DNA from: Hyaloraphidium curvatum SAG 235-1 | Taxonomy: Eukaryota; Fungi; Monoblepharomycota | Direction: 5' to 3' | Assembly: GCA_025558095.1 (NCBI GenBank) | Contig: JAIVFI010000014.1 | Location: 310,001-374,000, forward strand | Length of the DNA stretch: 64,000 bases | In this document: positions 1 through 12,250 of the stretch, piece by piece | How the letters are laid out: every line of letters starts with the position of its first letter | Position numbering within the stretch: position 1 is the first letter of the stretch | Program-made: the position numbers and the translations under genes | Notes under the pieces: generated by a model | The model's input: only the letters and a program-made list of their open reading frames with translations | What the model was told of the DNA's origin: nothing | Database searches by the model: none

Positions 1-3000
1 AGATCGCCAAGGCCTTTGGCATCGATCCGCGCAGCATCTTCCACCACGTCAAGCTCCTGCAATCGACGAAGCTTGTGTGGGTGCTCATTGCGTGCTTTGC
101 CACGTCTCGCATCTGAGCTATTGTTCTCCGCACACAGCGTCAAGTTCCCCGTCATTTCCAAGGGGCAGTACACCAACATCCTCCTCCACAACGCCTCGGC
201 CCACCTCAACCAGGACTACCTCACCTTCCTGGCCTCAGTGCCCGCCGACGCCGACCCGGACGTCGACCTGGGCGGCATGAAGGGCATGCGCATGCACACG
301 GACGCGGTGAAGCGCAAGATCACCGACATGCTCAAGGAGAAGAAGAACGGCATCATGTTCGTCGAGGACATGCACCACGCCCTCGGCTTCTTCAACATCG
401 ACCGGAAGCAGCGCAAGTGGTTCAACAAGATGGTGGACACGCTGTACAAGGCCGGCCACGTCGAGAAGGCGGAGATCCAGGACGACAGCAGGCAGACCAG
501 CCGGGGCGTGGCGAGGCGCAAGTGCATCCGGTTCATCTCGGACTACGTGCCCGAGCACGAGCTGGAGAGCGCCAAGAAGAAGGAGCCGAGGGACGAGCCG
601 CCCGTCGTGGGCGAGGGCGGCGTGCTCGCGGACCTGCCGCTTGATTACCAGGTTTACAGGCTCATCGGCTTGTCTGGCGAGGAGGGGATGATCTCCTGGG
701 TGGGTCGCTATTCGCGGCGCCTGAGCGTGCCAAGAGCTAACCAGGCTTCCATTCCCAGGGGATTCGACGCTCGCTACACAACATACAGCCGCGCGTTCTC
801 ACGCGCGTTCTGGAGCACATTACCCGTCCCGAAAAGGCGCCCAAGAATGCGCAGGGGCTTTCGCGTTCCGTCGAGTTCGAGGGACGGGAGCGGCGGTACC
901 GCTACCGCGCGGACGAAGCGTGGCAGGAGAGGATGGCCGCGCTGAACGTGCAGACCGCGGAGCGGCCGCGCCTGAACGGCGTCCAAATCGAGCCCAGGGA
1001 GGCGAGGGCCGAGGGCACACCTGCAGTCGAGGCGAGGCCTACGACCGCGGTCCTGGAACGGCCCGCATCGCGGGCAAACGGCAAGGAGAGGGAGCATTCA
1101 GCACCCCCGCCTGTATCGGTCCAGGCGGGGCCGGCGACTCCCGTTTCTGCGGCCACCGACTCTGCCATCGAACCGCAAAGCCCCGCGCCCTCTGCGGTCA
1201 ACCAGCGCAAGACGAACATTTCTTATGCGGACCGGAAGGACCGCTTGGTACGGCTGCTGGAGCAGCACCTCATCCTCGAGCTGTCGGTCGGCACGACGAG
1301 GCTGTTCCAGGAATTTGAGGACGAGGAGCTCGGCATGGCTTACCCGCACAAGATGGATCGAAAGACCCTGCTGCGGATGGCCGACGTGCTCGAGACCGAG
1401 AAGAAGCTGGCCAAACTCACGTTCGCGGTGCCTACACTGAACGGCTCGTACCGGACCGTGCACGTCATGGTGCGCGTGGATCTGACCCGGGAGAGCAAGG
1501 AAGTGCAGGACTACATCGCCCAGCAGCGGGACCGCGCCATGGTGCCCGACTCGGCGAGGTACAAGGCCGTGGAGCGCACGAACCTGACCGGCGTAGAGAT
1601 CGAGAGCGCGCAGCTGGAGGGCCCGCCGTCGTTTACGGGTCGCATTACGCTTGCGATCAAGCCGGACGACGATGAGGTGGACGTGGACGAGAACGTTGCG
1701 CCGCAGGCGAACGATGCGGCGGCTCCTGAGGAAGTCGCAAAGCTGGACCTCCCCGCCCCCGGGGACGGGGAGACCAAGGAACGGGAGTCTTGGCACGACA
1801 TCGCGCTGGATTACGGTTGGATCCCCGCGAGGATGGTGCGGTCCCGGCTTGTGCACCAGTTCCTCTTCGACTACGTCAAGTCGAGGGCGACTGGCGAAGG
1901 CGGTGAAGGTCTCGCGGACCCCGAGGGCAATCCGTTGCACTACAAGGACGGCGGCATTTTCCCGACCACTGTTTTCTTCAACGACGTCTCGCTCGCCTTC
2001 TACTTCAAGGTAATCGGGCAGGCGGTCCGCTCGGCCGCCATCGACGCCTATCTGGCCGCGTCGCCGGACAACAAGATGACGGCCATGCGGGACCTGCCCA
2101 TGGACGTTCGCCAGGCGGTTCTGGTTGGCCAGCGCGTGGACAAGTTCCGCCGAACGCTCAAGATGCTCATCACGATCCTCATTGCGCTCAAGATCGTGGA
2201 GCCGGTCCGGGAAGACGACAAGCCTGTCGCATCGAAGAGCTACCTCGATACCGAGTACCGGCTGCTGCGTTCCGTGGACCTTCGCAACCACAACCTGCCG
2301 ACCGAAGACATCGTGCGGAGCTACGTCCTCGACGACGAAAAGTCCGTGCTGGATTACTGGAAGGAGCTCTATGCGGTCTCGACGAACCAGATGCTCAAAC
2401 GGCGCGGGCGCAAACCAAAGACGCCCGCTGAGCCCGCATCCGAGAGCGCGGAGCAGCCCGCCTCGGCTGGGCAGGATGTCGGACAGGCCGGCGTTATGAG
2501 TGAGGGACCTGCCGCGGACGTTGAGATGGCCGAGGCGGGCGCCGATGCCTCGGGGCCCGTCCTCGGTACCGAGCCTGCCGATGCCACGCAACCGGACTCT
2601 GCCCAGCCTGTGGAGGCGCCGACGCCGGATCGCACGCGTCGCGCAGGTTTCAATCCGGAGCACCCGCTCTACGGAATCTCGGAAAACAAGTCGTGGGACG
2701 AGTTTGGACTGCTGCCGAGCGTTCGCCACTACCTGAACAGGTACTTGGACCGCAAGAAGGGACAGACTCCGCTGGGCGACGAAGAACTGCTGAAGGAGAT
2801 TGCGACGGGCGTGGCGCTCAAGATCGGTCGCGTGAAGGACTACTACCGCGCCGTCCAGGACGCCTTCGACGAGGACAACAAGAACAAGCCGAAGAAGGAG
2901 CCTGCGCAGCGGGGCAGGAAGAAGAAGCTCGTCGTCGCCACCAAGGAGAACGTGCCTTCCAAGACAGGCCCCGTTCCGCCAGCACTTTCGACTGCTACCG

Positions 3001-5351
3001 CGCTGCAGCCCGTCGCGCCGTCGGCGTCCGATTCCACGACGACTCCGGCGAAGGGCAGGGGCGGTCGGAAGAAGAAGGACGCGGAAAAGAAGGACTCGGA
3101 GAAGAAGCCGGCGAAGAAGCTGGGCCCCGATGGACGGGTCACGCGGAAGCGCCTTCCCTGGACGCAGGACGAAGACGACGTTCTGCTGCACGCATACGTC
3201 GTCGTCGGAGATTTGGCGGGCGACGTGCGGTTCCCGTGGGCTGCCGTGGCAACGTTCTTCGAGGAAGCAAAGAACCGGGACCTGTGCCGCCGGCGCTTTG
3301 TCACGCTCAGGAAGAACCCGATGAAGGCGCTGCTCGTCGACTCGTGGATTGCCGGCTGGCCCAACATGCGGGCCCAGGCCATTGAGTCGGGGGCCCTTGC
3401 ACCGCCGGCGAAGAAGAGCGAGTTTGAGGACGTGCTCCAGCCCTGGGTGGCGTACTTCAGGCAACACAGCCATGAGATTCCAATGTGAGCCGGAACCTGC
3501 GCATCATGGCCTGTCTCGACTAACACGAATACTAGGGTCGATCCGGAGGTGAAGGACCTAATCTTCCTCCCCGACGACTACTCCTTCATCGATGTCTTGA
3601 TGGACGCCGCTCCGCTGCACGAAGCTGCCGACCCGTTGCTCATGGTGGAAGACCAGCAGCGGAACGACTACAACAGCTCTCGGACGAAGCTTTTGGCCCT
3701 GTACAACTCCCCTTACGCAGTCAAGCTCGACGGAGATGCAGCCCTGCCTGCGCCTCCGGATGATGCCGACGAGCGGGAACTGCAGTTGATTCGGAGCAAG
3801 ATCAAGGTAAGGCGGCGTGCCTGGCGACGTCGATCTGCCTGATCGCGCATCACCAGATGATCGTCATGACTCCCGATGAGAACTACTCCACCCAGCACGC
3901 GTACAACCTCCTCAACAAGCATACTCCCGCGCAGATCGAGCTTGCGTCGCAGGCATTGATTGACGCCGGCCTGATCGTCAAGACTCGTGGAGACGCTTCC
4001 GCTCGGGGCTACCATCTTTCGCGGGAGTGGGTTACTTCGTCGCAGAGTTTGGGAAACAAGCGTTGGTTGACATTTACGCCGTTAGCTTCTTGAACAATCT
4101 GGAACACGGATTCCCGAAGAATCTTCTTCAGCAGGCGTCCGAGTTTGACAGCGCTCTCGAGAAGGAACCGACCATCTCGTTCGATCCGCACTCAAGCAAC
4201 GGCACGATGGCTTGCCTCTTGGATCTCGTGGCTTCGAGAGAAGTGAGCATTGATAGTTCGTCACTACGTCCGGTTCTTACTTTCTGCTTCTCTTTCCAGG
4301 CGAAGCTCTTCCCTCCGAACCTCGATGCTGCCCTTCTCACGAAGGTGGTCAAGGATTCGAGTAGGTGCCCTACGTGCAGCGCGGATTCCGCCTTGTGACC
4401 CTTTCCTGCAGGCGAGCTGACAGTGACCGTTCGAATCACCGGCGATCCGGCATCCGGCGGCGAGGTGCCTCATCTTGCTGCTCCCGTCAAGGTTCGTCAG
4501 GGCATGACTGGAACCAGCGAGAAGGATCCCGCCGTCGGTGCCATCACCAGGATGCGGCTGCCTCCCGCACAGCAAACCGCGGCGAAGAGCGTCTACTCCA
4601 AAATCGCGGGGGCTGGCGTGAACGGATTGTCTCTTGAATCGCTTCTGGTGCGTGTGGAGTCGTTGCTCGTAGGCTCGGGTCTCTCCTGACGCACACCAGG
4701 ATGCGACTCAGTTGTCGGAGAGAGACGTTGCAAAGGCCCTGGAGCTGCTCAAGGATACGAACGTGGCCCAAGGGAACCCGGTTTCTCTGGTTTCCGTGGC
4801 CGGCTTCGAGTCGATGGCGTACATTTCCCACACCTTCCTCAAGGAATGGAGTGTGGACGTTACACCTTCGAGCGAAGGCAGCCCCCCGCGGACTACGGAC
4901 ACGGTCTTGGCACCGCCTCGGCTGTGGTACGACATCACAGGCTCCATCCTGGCTGACAAGCTTCGGGCGTGCCGCGAGTTGGTGATAGCGAGCATCATTA
5001 GATGGCCTGGACTGTCTTTCGTGGGTGTTCCTCCGGTTCGATTTGCTGCCTGATGCTCACATTGCGGCCGCAGGCAAAGCTGTGCAAGCGCCTCAAGAAC
5101 GTACTCACGCCTTGCGAGATTGCCGAGGTCGTGTCGGACTCGCGCATGATCCTTTCTCGCGCATGCCGCGGCAAGGTCGACGTATGGCTGTGGAACAGAG
5201 AGGACGAGCTCTTCGGTTTCAAAAGTGGGTGCCGACGCCCAACGGCGTCGTTCTATCCTCTAACCGGATCACTACAGACCAAGAATTCAAGGATCCTGAT
5301 GGTATGGCCAGCCTATTCCCCGCACCGGCATGGTACAGGGCGCTCGCGTAA
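1..5351 (+). CDS. RNA polymerase III transcription factor TFIIIC B-block-binding subunit (Sfc3/Tfc3/tau138-like); multi-exon, 5' end lies upstream of the window
   Basis: Long spliced ORF chain (16-699, ~760-3485, 3537-3806 and later exons, ending WYRALA* at 5351). Has an N-terminal winged-helix-like region, the KMDRKTLLRMADVLETEKKL segment typical of fungal Sfc3, and a Myb/SANT-like WTQDEDDVLL...PWAAVA...CRRRF segment. Confidence 0.75.
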
Positions 5352-5469
5352 TGCGTCCGCCGGTTCTCGGTACGAGTAGGCCCGCAGAGGAGCGGAGACG
5401 GAGTGTGGAGTGTAGGGTGTGCGTCTAGGGGGTTCTTGCTCAAGGCATGAATGGCTTGAATGGCATGGT

Positions 5470-6967
5470 TTAGCTGTGAAATTGCTACAGTTAGCCGCCC
5501 ATCCGCGACCGACCGACGGCAAAGGGACCCACTTGAACTCAATACGCTTGCCGAGCTCCTCCGTCGGGCTGAGGCGCGACATGACCAGGTTGTAGACAAA
5601 GAACGTCGCGGCATTTGCCGGGAAGGCGCGGGCCAGAGTGGGACCGATGCCCTTCCAGAACCCGCGGAAGCCGCTCGTCGACCATACATCCCGGATCGCA
5701 TCGAACATGTTGCGGTAGGTGGAATTGGACTGCATCCGCGATTTGACCACGTCCTGCTGTGGAATTTCGTGGTGGAGTCAGGAACAGAACCCACGAGAGC
5801 CGGGTTCACACACCATGTAGCACGGAACCCAAGCGCCGATGCCCGCAAGACCGCCCGCAAACAGAACCTCCGCGTTGGTCAGCACCCGTTCCCGGTTGTC
5901 CCCCCACATGTACGACTTTGCGATCTCGAAGGTCGCAAAGTACCCGGCGAAGCTCGGGATTTCGCGGAGGACCGTGATCGAGATCCCGCGGTAGAGTCCG
6001 GCGATTCCGCGGCTCGCGTAGAGTTTCCGGGCGCAGTCAAACACGCCCGTGTACAGCGGCCCCGCCTGCCCGCCCTTCGTAACTTTGCTGTACTGCGTCT
6101 GCAGCTTGACCTTCACGGCCTCGAAGGGGCAGTTGACAAAGGCGACCACGAAGCCCGTGATGGCGCCGGCCTTGGCGTACTGGCCCGGCGTCAAGTGGTC
6201 CTCGTGCGCCCCATCCGCAACCCATCGCCGGCAGTGTCCGTTGACTCCAAAGATTACTGCATTACTGGATGAATCCGCGCGGCAGAGAGGGTTGCCGCAG
6301 GAGCGACGGATCACGATCACGCGCACTGCGTCAGACTAGCCCGGAACCTGTGATCCGCCGAAAAGACCTCACCAAAATCCGTTGCCCATCAACGGCGAGT
6401 AAATCCCCTTGTACAGGCCCAAAAAACCCTCGTCCCGGACGGTCGCCTTGAAGCAGTCCCACCCGCCCTTGTACCGCGTGCTCGTCTGTAGTCGAACCTG
6501 AGAAAAAACAACGGTGGTTGCGATCAGCAACCGGGACATCTCGATCGACGTCCGAGTTCCAGCGTTACCCTAGCGGAACGTCAGAATCGCGGTCATAGGA
6601 TGGCCACGTCAGCGGCCCGCTGGACTCACTTCAGAGTGTCGAAAGGATGGCCAACTAGCGCCTGCCCAAAGCCACCAACGGTGCCGCCAATAAGCTCGGC
6701 CGTAGACGAGTCCAAGCTGCCGAATCCGCGGTGCGCGACGGGGTGGTTCCGGGGTCGATTGGCCCGGGGTGAGTCGGGCCGCGACGACCCAGCGATGCCG
6801 GAGCCGGCCCACCTCGCCTTGCCAGCAGCTTTCATAAGCGTCGTTCGCGCGGCGTCCAGGTCGAACTGGGCGGCCGCGGGCTCTCCGCCGGAGATGAAGG
6901 TGGTCGCCGCGGAAACGGCCGCGGACGGCGTCCCGACCGGCGGCGACGGCGGCGAGAGCGGGGCCAT
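5470..6967 (-). CDS. Mitochondrial carrier family protein (SLC25; carnitine/acylcarnitine- or Ymc1-like), multi-exon
   Basis: Carrier signature repeats GHPFDTLKVRLQT, CPFEAVKVKLQTQ and DVVKSRMQS, plus GLYRG and GFWKGIGPTLARAFPANAATF. The 3' end assumes a terminal intron and is uncertain. Confidence 0.9.
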
Positions 6968-7517
6968 CGGATTTCGCTCGTTGCCCGCCGTCGTGAGGAG
7001 CGTCGGAAGGAAATCCCGGGATCCGGGGGAGGTTCTGGGGGCGAGAGAGATAAAGCTTTTCACCCTGTTTGGGCGGTCAAGTCAAGTTTGGCTTGGGCTT
7101 CGGCACTACGGACAGCCGCTCATCCATATTCCTGCTTCTGCTGGACGAAAGCATGGTTGGATGAGCGGATCAAGCTTATCACAGCCTCGACGGGAAGTTA
7201 TGTGGCTGTCCAATGTCCCACGGCGGTGCGGAGATCGGCCCTTGATTCGACACCCGGCCCGTTACATGTCGTATGGCTAGCGGCGGCCGAGAATCAGAGA
7301 CCACTGGTTTATGGCTGGGCGATGCGCGTCTGTCGGCCTCCGCCGGCACTGGCAGCAAAGCATTCCTCCGCCATCAAGCCCTGCAAGATCGTGCCATGCA
7401 GAAGAAGCCTAGAAAGTTATTTTGTCGAAGAGAGCCGCCCTTGCTGCCATCGGCCGTCCCCGGCCCCCCCGAGCGATGCAGGCGGTCGGCCGGAACCTCG
7501 GAGGTGTAAGGGCACGT

Positions 7518-8119
7518 CATCAGGCCCGGTCAGAGCACGTCCCCTTCCCTTCCCCGGAACGCGATCGGTCAGCGGGGGGTAAGCAGATCGAAATCGTCGG
7601 TGGTGTGGTGGTTAGTAGGCTAGTGGACCGATCGATCATTCGGAGGGATGGGGCGGCGTTACTGCAGGTGGGGACGGTGCGAGCGGAGGGTCCGTGGCGT
7701 CTACCGTTTCAGGCAGAGGCACCGACGATCCCTGCGTCTCTGCGTCTCTGGCCTCCGTACTGCTGCTCGCGGAGACGTCTCCGGTCTCACAATCTCCAAA
7801 TCTGGCAACCCAACACGCCGGGGATGTTCGATGGCTGCCAGTTGATCTTTGTGGCGAGCGGAGTCGACCGTCAGCTTTTGTGGCACGAGCCAGCGCACGC
7901 GACCGGGGGGACCCGGTCGACCACCAGATCCATCCGAATGCATCGCGGAGGCATCCGCCGGGCTCCGATCCGGGTCGTCGTGTCCGGAGAGACAGTGATG
8001 ACGGGAGAACCCCTCGCCCGGAATTGGAGCCGCGGATGCACGGCGGAAAGGGTGGCGAGTGTTCGGCTTCGGATGAAAGGAGGATTGAACGGATTCCCGA
8101 AGCTTCTGGGGACGGCGCC
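7518..8119 (+). repeat. Dispersed repeat family A, copy 1, interrupted by a family B insert at ~7680-7985
   Basis: Collinear blocks shared with 10092-10398: catcagg, ggtcag..cgtcccctt, cggtcagcgg..ggtaa..gatcgaaa, gatcatt.ggagggatgg..gttactg..gggacggtgcg, then ggagaa.ccctcgcccgg..gatgcacggcg..gttcggctt.ggatg..ggggacggcgcc. Confidence 0.75.
7680..7985 (+). repeat. Dispersed repeat family B, copy 1
   Basis: Near-identical blocks to the reverse complement of 11860-12250, e.g. gagcggagggtccgtggcgtct.ccgtttcaggcagaggcaccgacgatccctgcgtctct and ggcgagcggagtcgaccgtcagcttttgtggcacgagc. Confidence 0.9.
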
Positions 8120-8240
8120 TGTACCTCGATTTCGGGACCGGGGAGGCGGGCGATTGGCGCGGGGGTTGTGCGCGACCGCCGGGGGACCGCACGTCACTAG
8201 AGGATGCTGACCTGATTCTCCCCTCTCATCGCTTTGCGGC

Positions 8241-9790
8241 TCACAGCTTTGCGACGATCGACGAGGCCTCGTTCTCCCCAAGCCTCTCCACGACTGGCAA
8301 GGGACCGTCAGCGACGACACGGCGACGAACTGCACTGGCACCCACTGATGGCGTTGGCCATGCCGCCGCCCTCGCAGATCGCCTCGAGGCCGTACCTCTT
8401 GCCGGTCCGCTCGAGCTCGTGCAGGAGGGTGGTCATTAGCTTGACGCCGGTGCCGCCAAGGGGGTGGCCCTGTCGCGGGAACCGTTCAGCAACGGAGAAA
8501 GTGGACGGAATCGGGCCTTACGAGGGACATGGCGCCTCCGTTGACGTTGAGCTTGTCCATGTCGGCGTTCAAAGCCTTCGCCCACGCGAGGGGGACGGAG
8601 CAGAAGGCTTCGTTGACCTGGACCCGAGCGGCACAGTCAGCTCCACCCGGCAGGCCCGGCCCGGCCCCAACCCACCTCGTACAGATCAATGTCCTCGATC
8701 CTCATCTTGGCCTTTTCGAGCACCTTCTTGGTCGCCTTGATCGGACCGGCGAGCATCATGATCGGGTCCTCGCCGATAACCGTGGCGGCGACGATCCTGG
8801 CGCGGGGGCGGATCTCGGGGTTGATGGCGCGGAGCTTGGCAAGCCCAGCTTTGTTGACGATGAGGCAGGCGGCGGCACCGTCGCAGATTTGGGACGAGAG
8901 GCCGGCTGGGGAGCGAGGGACGTCAGAGACACAACCGTGGGCAAGTACGGACCGACTCACCGGTGATCTTGCCGCCTTTGCGGAGCGGAGGAAGGGCAGC
9001 GAGACCGCTCGCGGAGGTCTCTGCGCGGATGCCCTCGTCGGCGTCGTGCAGGACCGCCTTGCTGGGGTTCTTGGGGTCGATGCCCGTGACGGGCAGGATT
9101 TCCCTCTTGAACCGGCCTTCCGCGGTCGCCCTGGCGGCACGACGATGCGACTCGACGGCTACGGCTTCCATCTCCGCGCGCGAGAGGCCAAACTTGTCGG
9201 CGACCATCTCGGCCCCTTCGAACTGGGTGAAGGTGACCCCGGGGTAGCGATCGTTCATGCCGGCCGATTCGGCCGGGCTACCGAGGCCGTTCTTGGCGCC
9301 GACGGTGACCGCCGAGCCGATCGGGACCTTGGACATGACCTCGACTCCAGCCGCGACGACCACGTCCTGCATGCCGGAAGTGACGGCCTGGGCGGCGAAC
9401 TGGATGGCCTGGAGCGACGAGCCGCACGCGCGGTTCACCGTCGTCGCCGGCACCGACTCCGGAAGGCCCGCAGCGAGCACCATATTCCGGCCAACGTTTC
9501 CGGCCTGGGCTCCGACCTGGTCAGAGAAGGGGCGAGAAGGGGATAAGAATCGTGTCTTCCTCGACGGAACAAGCTCCCACCTGGGTGACGCATCCGACCA
9601 CGACGTCGTCGACGACGTCGGCCGGGCCTTCGCGCTGCGGGTGCGCCGAGTCCGTGGGGATGCCGGCGCGGCGGAGGCACTCCTTCACGACGAGGCCGCC
9701 GAGGTCGGCCGGGTTCCACTGCGAGAGGCGGCCGTTCTTGCGCCCGCCGGCGGTGCGGACCGCGCTCACGATGTAGGCCTCGTTGGCCAT
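8241..9790 (-). CDS. Acetyl-CoA acyltransferase (thiolase) of bacterial (alphaproteobacterial-like) type, 6 exons, C-terminal PTS1 -AKL
   Basis: N-terminus [31 protein letters not shown]. Catalytic motifs [20 protein letters not shown] and CEGGGMANA. Spliced last exon reads [17 protein letters not shown]. Confidence 0.95.
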
Positions 9791-10091
9791 CGAGGATTCG
9801 CAATAAGGATAGGAGGAGGGGGCCTGTGGCGTTGGGACGGGAGCGGCACTTTGAAACGCCGGTCTGCCGAGACGTCAAAGCTTGTAGCCTTGGTTCCGCA
9901 CACACGAGTAAGTGGGCCATCTATTCAGGGTCGTTCAGGAACATCATCAGATGCGGACTGCGTGCTGCAAGCGGGGTCCCGCGCCGCGGATGATGACGGA
10001 TGGCGGCTGGCTACGGTGTCCCCCCCCCCCGGCAGCCCACTCCTGCATCAACCTGCCCGTTGTCCGCTTTCCGGCTCATCATGCTGCCTCC

Positions 10092-10398
10092 CATCAGGTC
10101 AGCGTCGTCCCCTTGGATCACCACGCCCAGCGGTCAGCGGCGGGGTAATGGGATCGAAAGCGTACGGTTGTCCCCAAGGTGGCGTGTGGCAAACACTATA
10201 GGCACACTGGATCGATCGGATCATTTGGAGGGATGGCGGGGTTACTGAAGCAGGGACGGTGCGGAGGGACGGGGATGATGGAGAAGCCCTCGCCCGGCAC
10301 CGGAGGGGAGCGATGCACGGCGAGCAGGGTGCCGACGGTTCGGCTTTGGATGGAGGGAGGCATTGCAACGGATTCGCGGAGATTCGGGGGACGGCGCC
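10092..10398 (+). repeat. Dispersed repeat family A, copy 2 (no B insert)
   Basis: Matches 7518-7682 joined directly to 7986-8119. Confidence 0.75.
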
Positions 10399-11859
10399 CT
10401 ATATGGCGGGTCAGGGGTCGTGGGGGACATGTGCTACCGTGGCGTCGGCAATTCCGTTCCCGCTTGCAGGGATTCACATGCCACTGCCCGTGCGGCCAAC
10501 GCGTTTCGGACCGGGGAGGCCGCGCGCCGCCGGGGGATCGTCTTTGGGATCCCTGAGGGACACTGGTTCGGTAGCAGTGGGGACCATAGGCCGAGATTTG
10601 GTGTATAGAGGAGGTGCCGTTGCGGCATCGATCGTCGCACCGCCCATGCTCTCGACGGCCACCGACTGGTGCTCCGCCGGGGGCCCCCGTCCGCGGAATG
10701 CCTCCCAATTCGATTCGAAAGGACCATCTCGAACACCTGTCGGCCTGTCCGTTGTAGCCCCGCAGAGAGAGCTCCGATGGCCGGACGGCAACGGATGGCT
10801 GTGGGGCCGACGGGCGGTAGAATTTAGGTTCGGAGACCCCAAGCCGCCGACCCAGACCCTTCTATACGGTTCCCAACTCGGAAACGTCCCACCGTACGAT
10901 CGGCACCTCCGGTGGTATTCACGTGCTTTCCCTGGGAGACATCCAGGTTCCCGGGACCCGCCGCTAATCTGGGAGACGCGGTGCGGCCAATCGGCGGGCG
11001 ACTCGCGAAGGCAAGAGAGGAGCGGGGAATGGGCCCACCCGCGCGCCCGAACGGGCCCCACCCGATCCCTGCACGGGAAAGCCCGGATCGGGTCTTGCGG
11101 GCTCAAATCAGGCGGCCACGATGTCGCACTAGCCTAGGCGGTGTACCGAGGGGAGACGAGCGCCTGGCGCCATACAAGGACGAGATCGGGACGTTCCCGC
11201 TGTACGGGGTCCGATGGTGCGAAGTAGAAGCCGCGGCCGGTGCTCCGATTAGCTCGATTCGTTGTCCGCACGATGTCGGATGCCATCCGGATGGAGGGGC
11301 CGGGTGAGCGTTCGGTACGGGCCCGCGATCTGGTGGTGCGGCCACCCCTCACTCGTCCGCATCCGGTCCCATCGTCCTTGAGTCAAGCGGCCAGCCGTCC
11401 GACTCGCCGATTGTCCCATCCTCGGCAGGACGGGCCGGAGACTCGATCCCCAGAGTCTCACCATTGACTAACAACCCATCCGCCGCCGGGACGGTCGGCC
11501 GCCCGGCCGCGGGGCGATCGGAGGCGCCACGCCGTTGCCGTCGCCGGGGCAGCCTCACCCGGTCCCGGGAGAGTCTGCCGGGGGTTGAGACCTGCAGGAC
11601 GGTGCGATCGAGGCTTGCCGGACCCGGCGGCCAGGGCGGTGTTGCGGCGTGGCTGGGTCTATCGAGGCTAGGAACGGAGATCGTCTCAAGCTTCGAGAGA
11701 AAACGGCGGACGCCGGACAACGTGCGGCCGGGCTTCCACATGCATTAGCGATTGCTAGATGGTGTTTTGGTGGACATCCATGCGCTGTTTGAAGGGGAAG
11801 TCGAAGGGTGCCCGACGCCATATGTTTTTTGCGGGGGCGCTCAGCCCAACTTCCCGCGC

Positions 11860-12250
11860 ACACGACGACGGTTCATCTGTCCGCGTGCTGCCACGGATCG
11901 GATCTCCGGATGGCCTCCGCGATGCATTCCGAGAATCGGCGCGGATGGATGCGTGTCCTGCGCGGAAAACCCCCGGCCAATGCCGGGGGGAGACGGCCCG
12001 AGTGAAAACCCCCGGTCAGACCGGGTACCCCCGGTCGCGTGCGTACGCTCGTGCCACAAAAGCTGACGGTCGACTCCGCTCGCCATCAAACTCCTCCTGT
12101 GCCTGCAAATCGCTTCCTCCCGCTGTGGTTGCCAGATTTGGAGTTTGTGAGACCGGAGACGTCTCCGCGAGCGGCAGTACGGAGGCCAGAGACGCAGGGA
12201 TCGTCGGTGCCTCTGCCTGAAACGGCAGACGCCACGGACCCTCCGCTCGC
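11860..12250 (-). repeat. Dispersed repeat family B, copy 2, inverted relative to copy 1
   Basis: Reverse complement matches 7680-7985 in conserved blocks and carries an extra hairpin-rich insert at ~11965-12035. Confidence 0.9.

Noticed and set aside
1098-3473. Long antisense and alternate-frame ORFs (e.g. 791 aa at 1098-3473, 642 aa at 12464-14392, 512 aa at 27705-29243)
   Set aside because: Shadows of real GC3-biased genes in stop-poor DNA; R/G/P-rich with no recognisable motifs.
7680-7870. Repeat B as a tRNA-derived SINE (TGGCGAGCGG resembles an A box)
   Set aside because: The A-box spacing is one base short, and there is no convincing B box, cloverleaf or tail.
8165-8202. CTAG after a weak hairpin as a Helitron 3' end
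   Set aside because: The stem is only ~5 bp with a large loop, the next base is not T, and the feature is not seen at the other repeat copy.
10400-11860. ORFs in the thiolase-cyclin spacer (e.g. 292 aa at 10259-11137)
   Set aside because: No codon bias, motifs or coherent splice structure; probably promoter or decayed repeat DNA.
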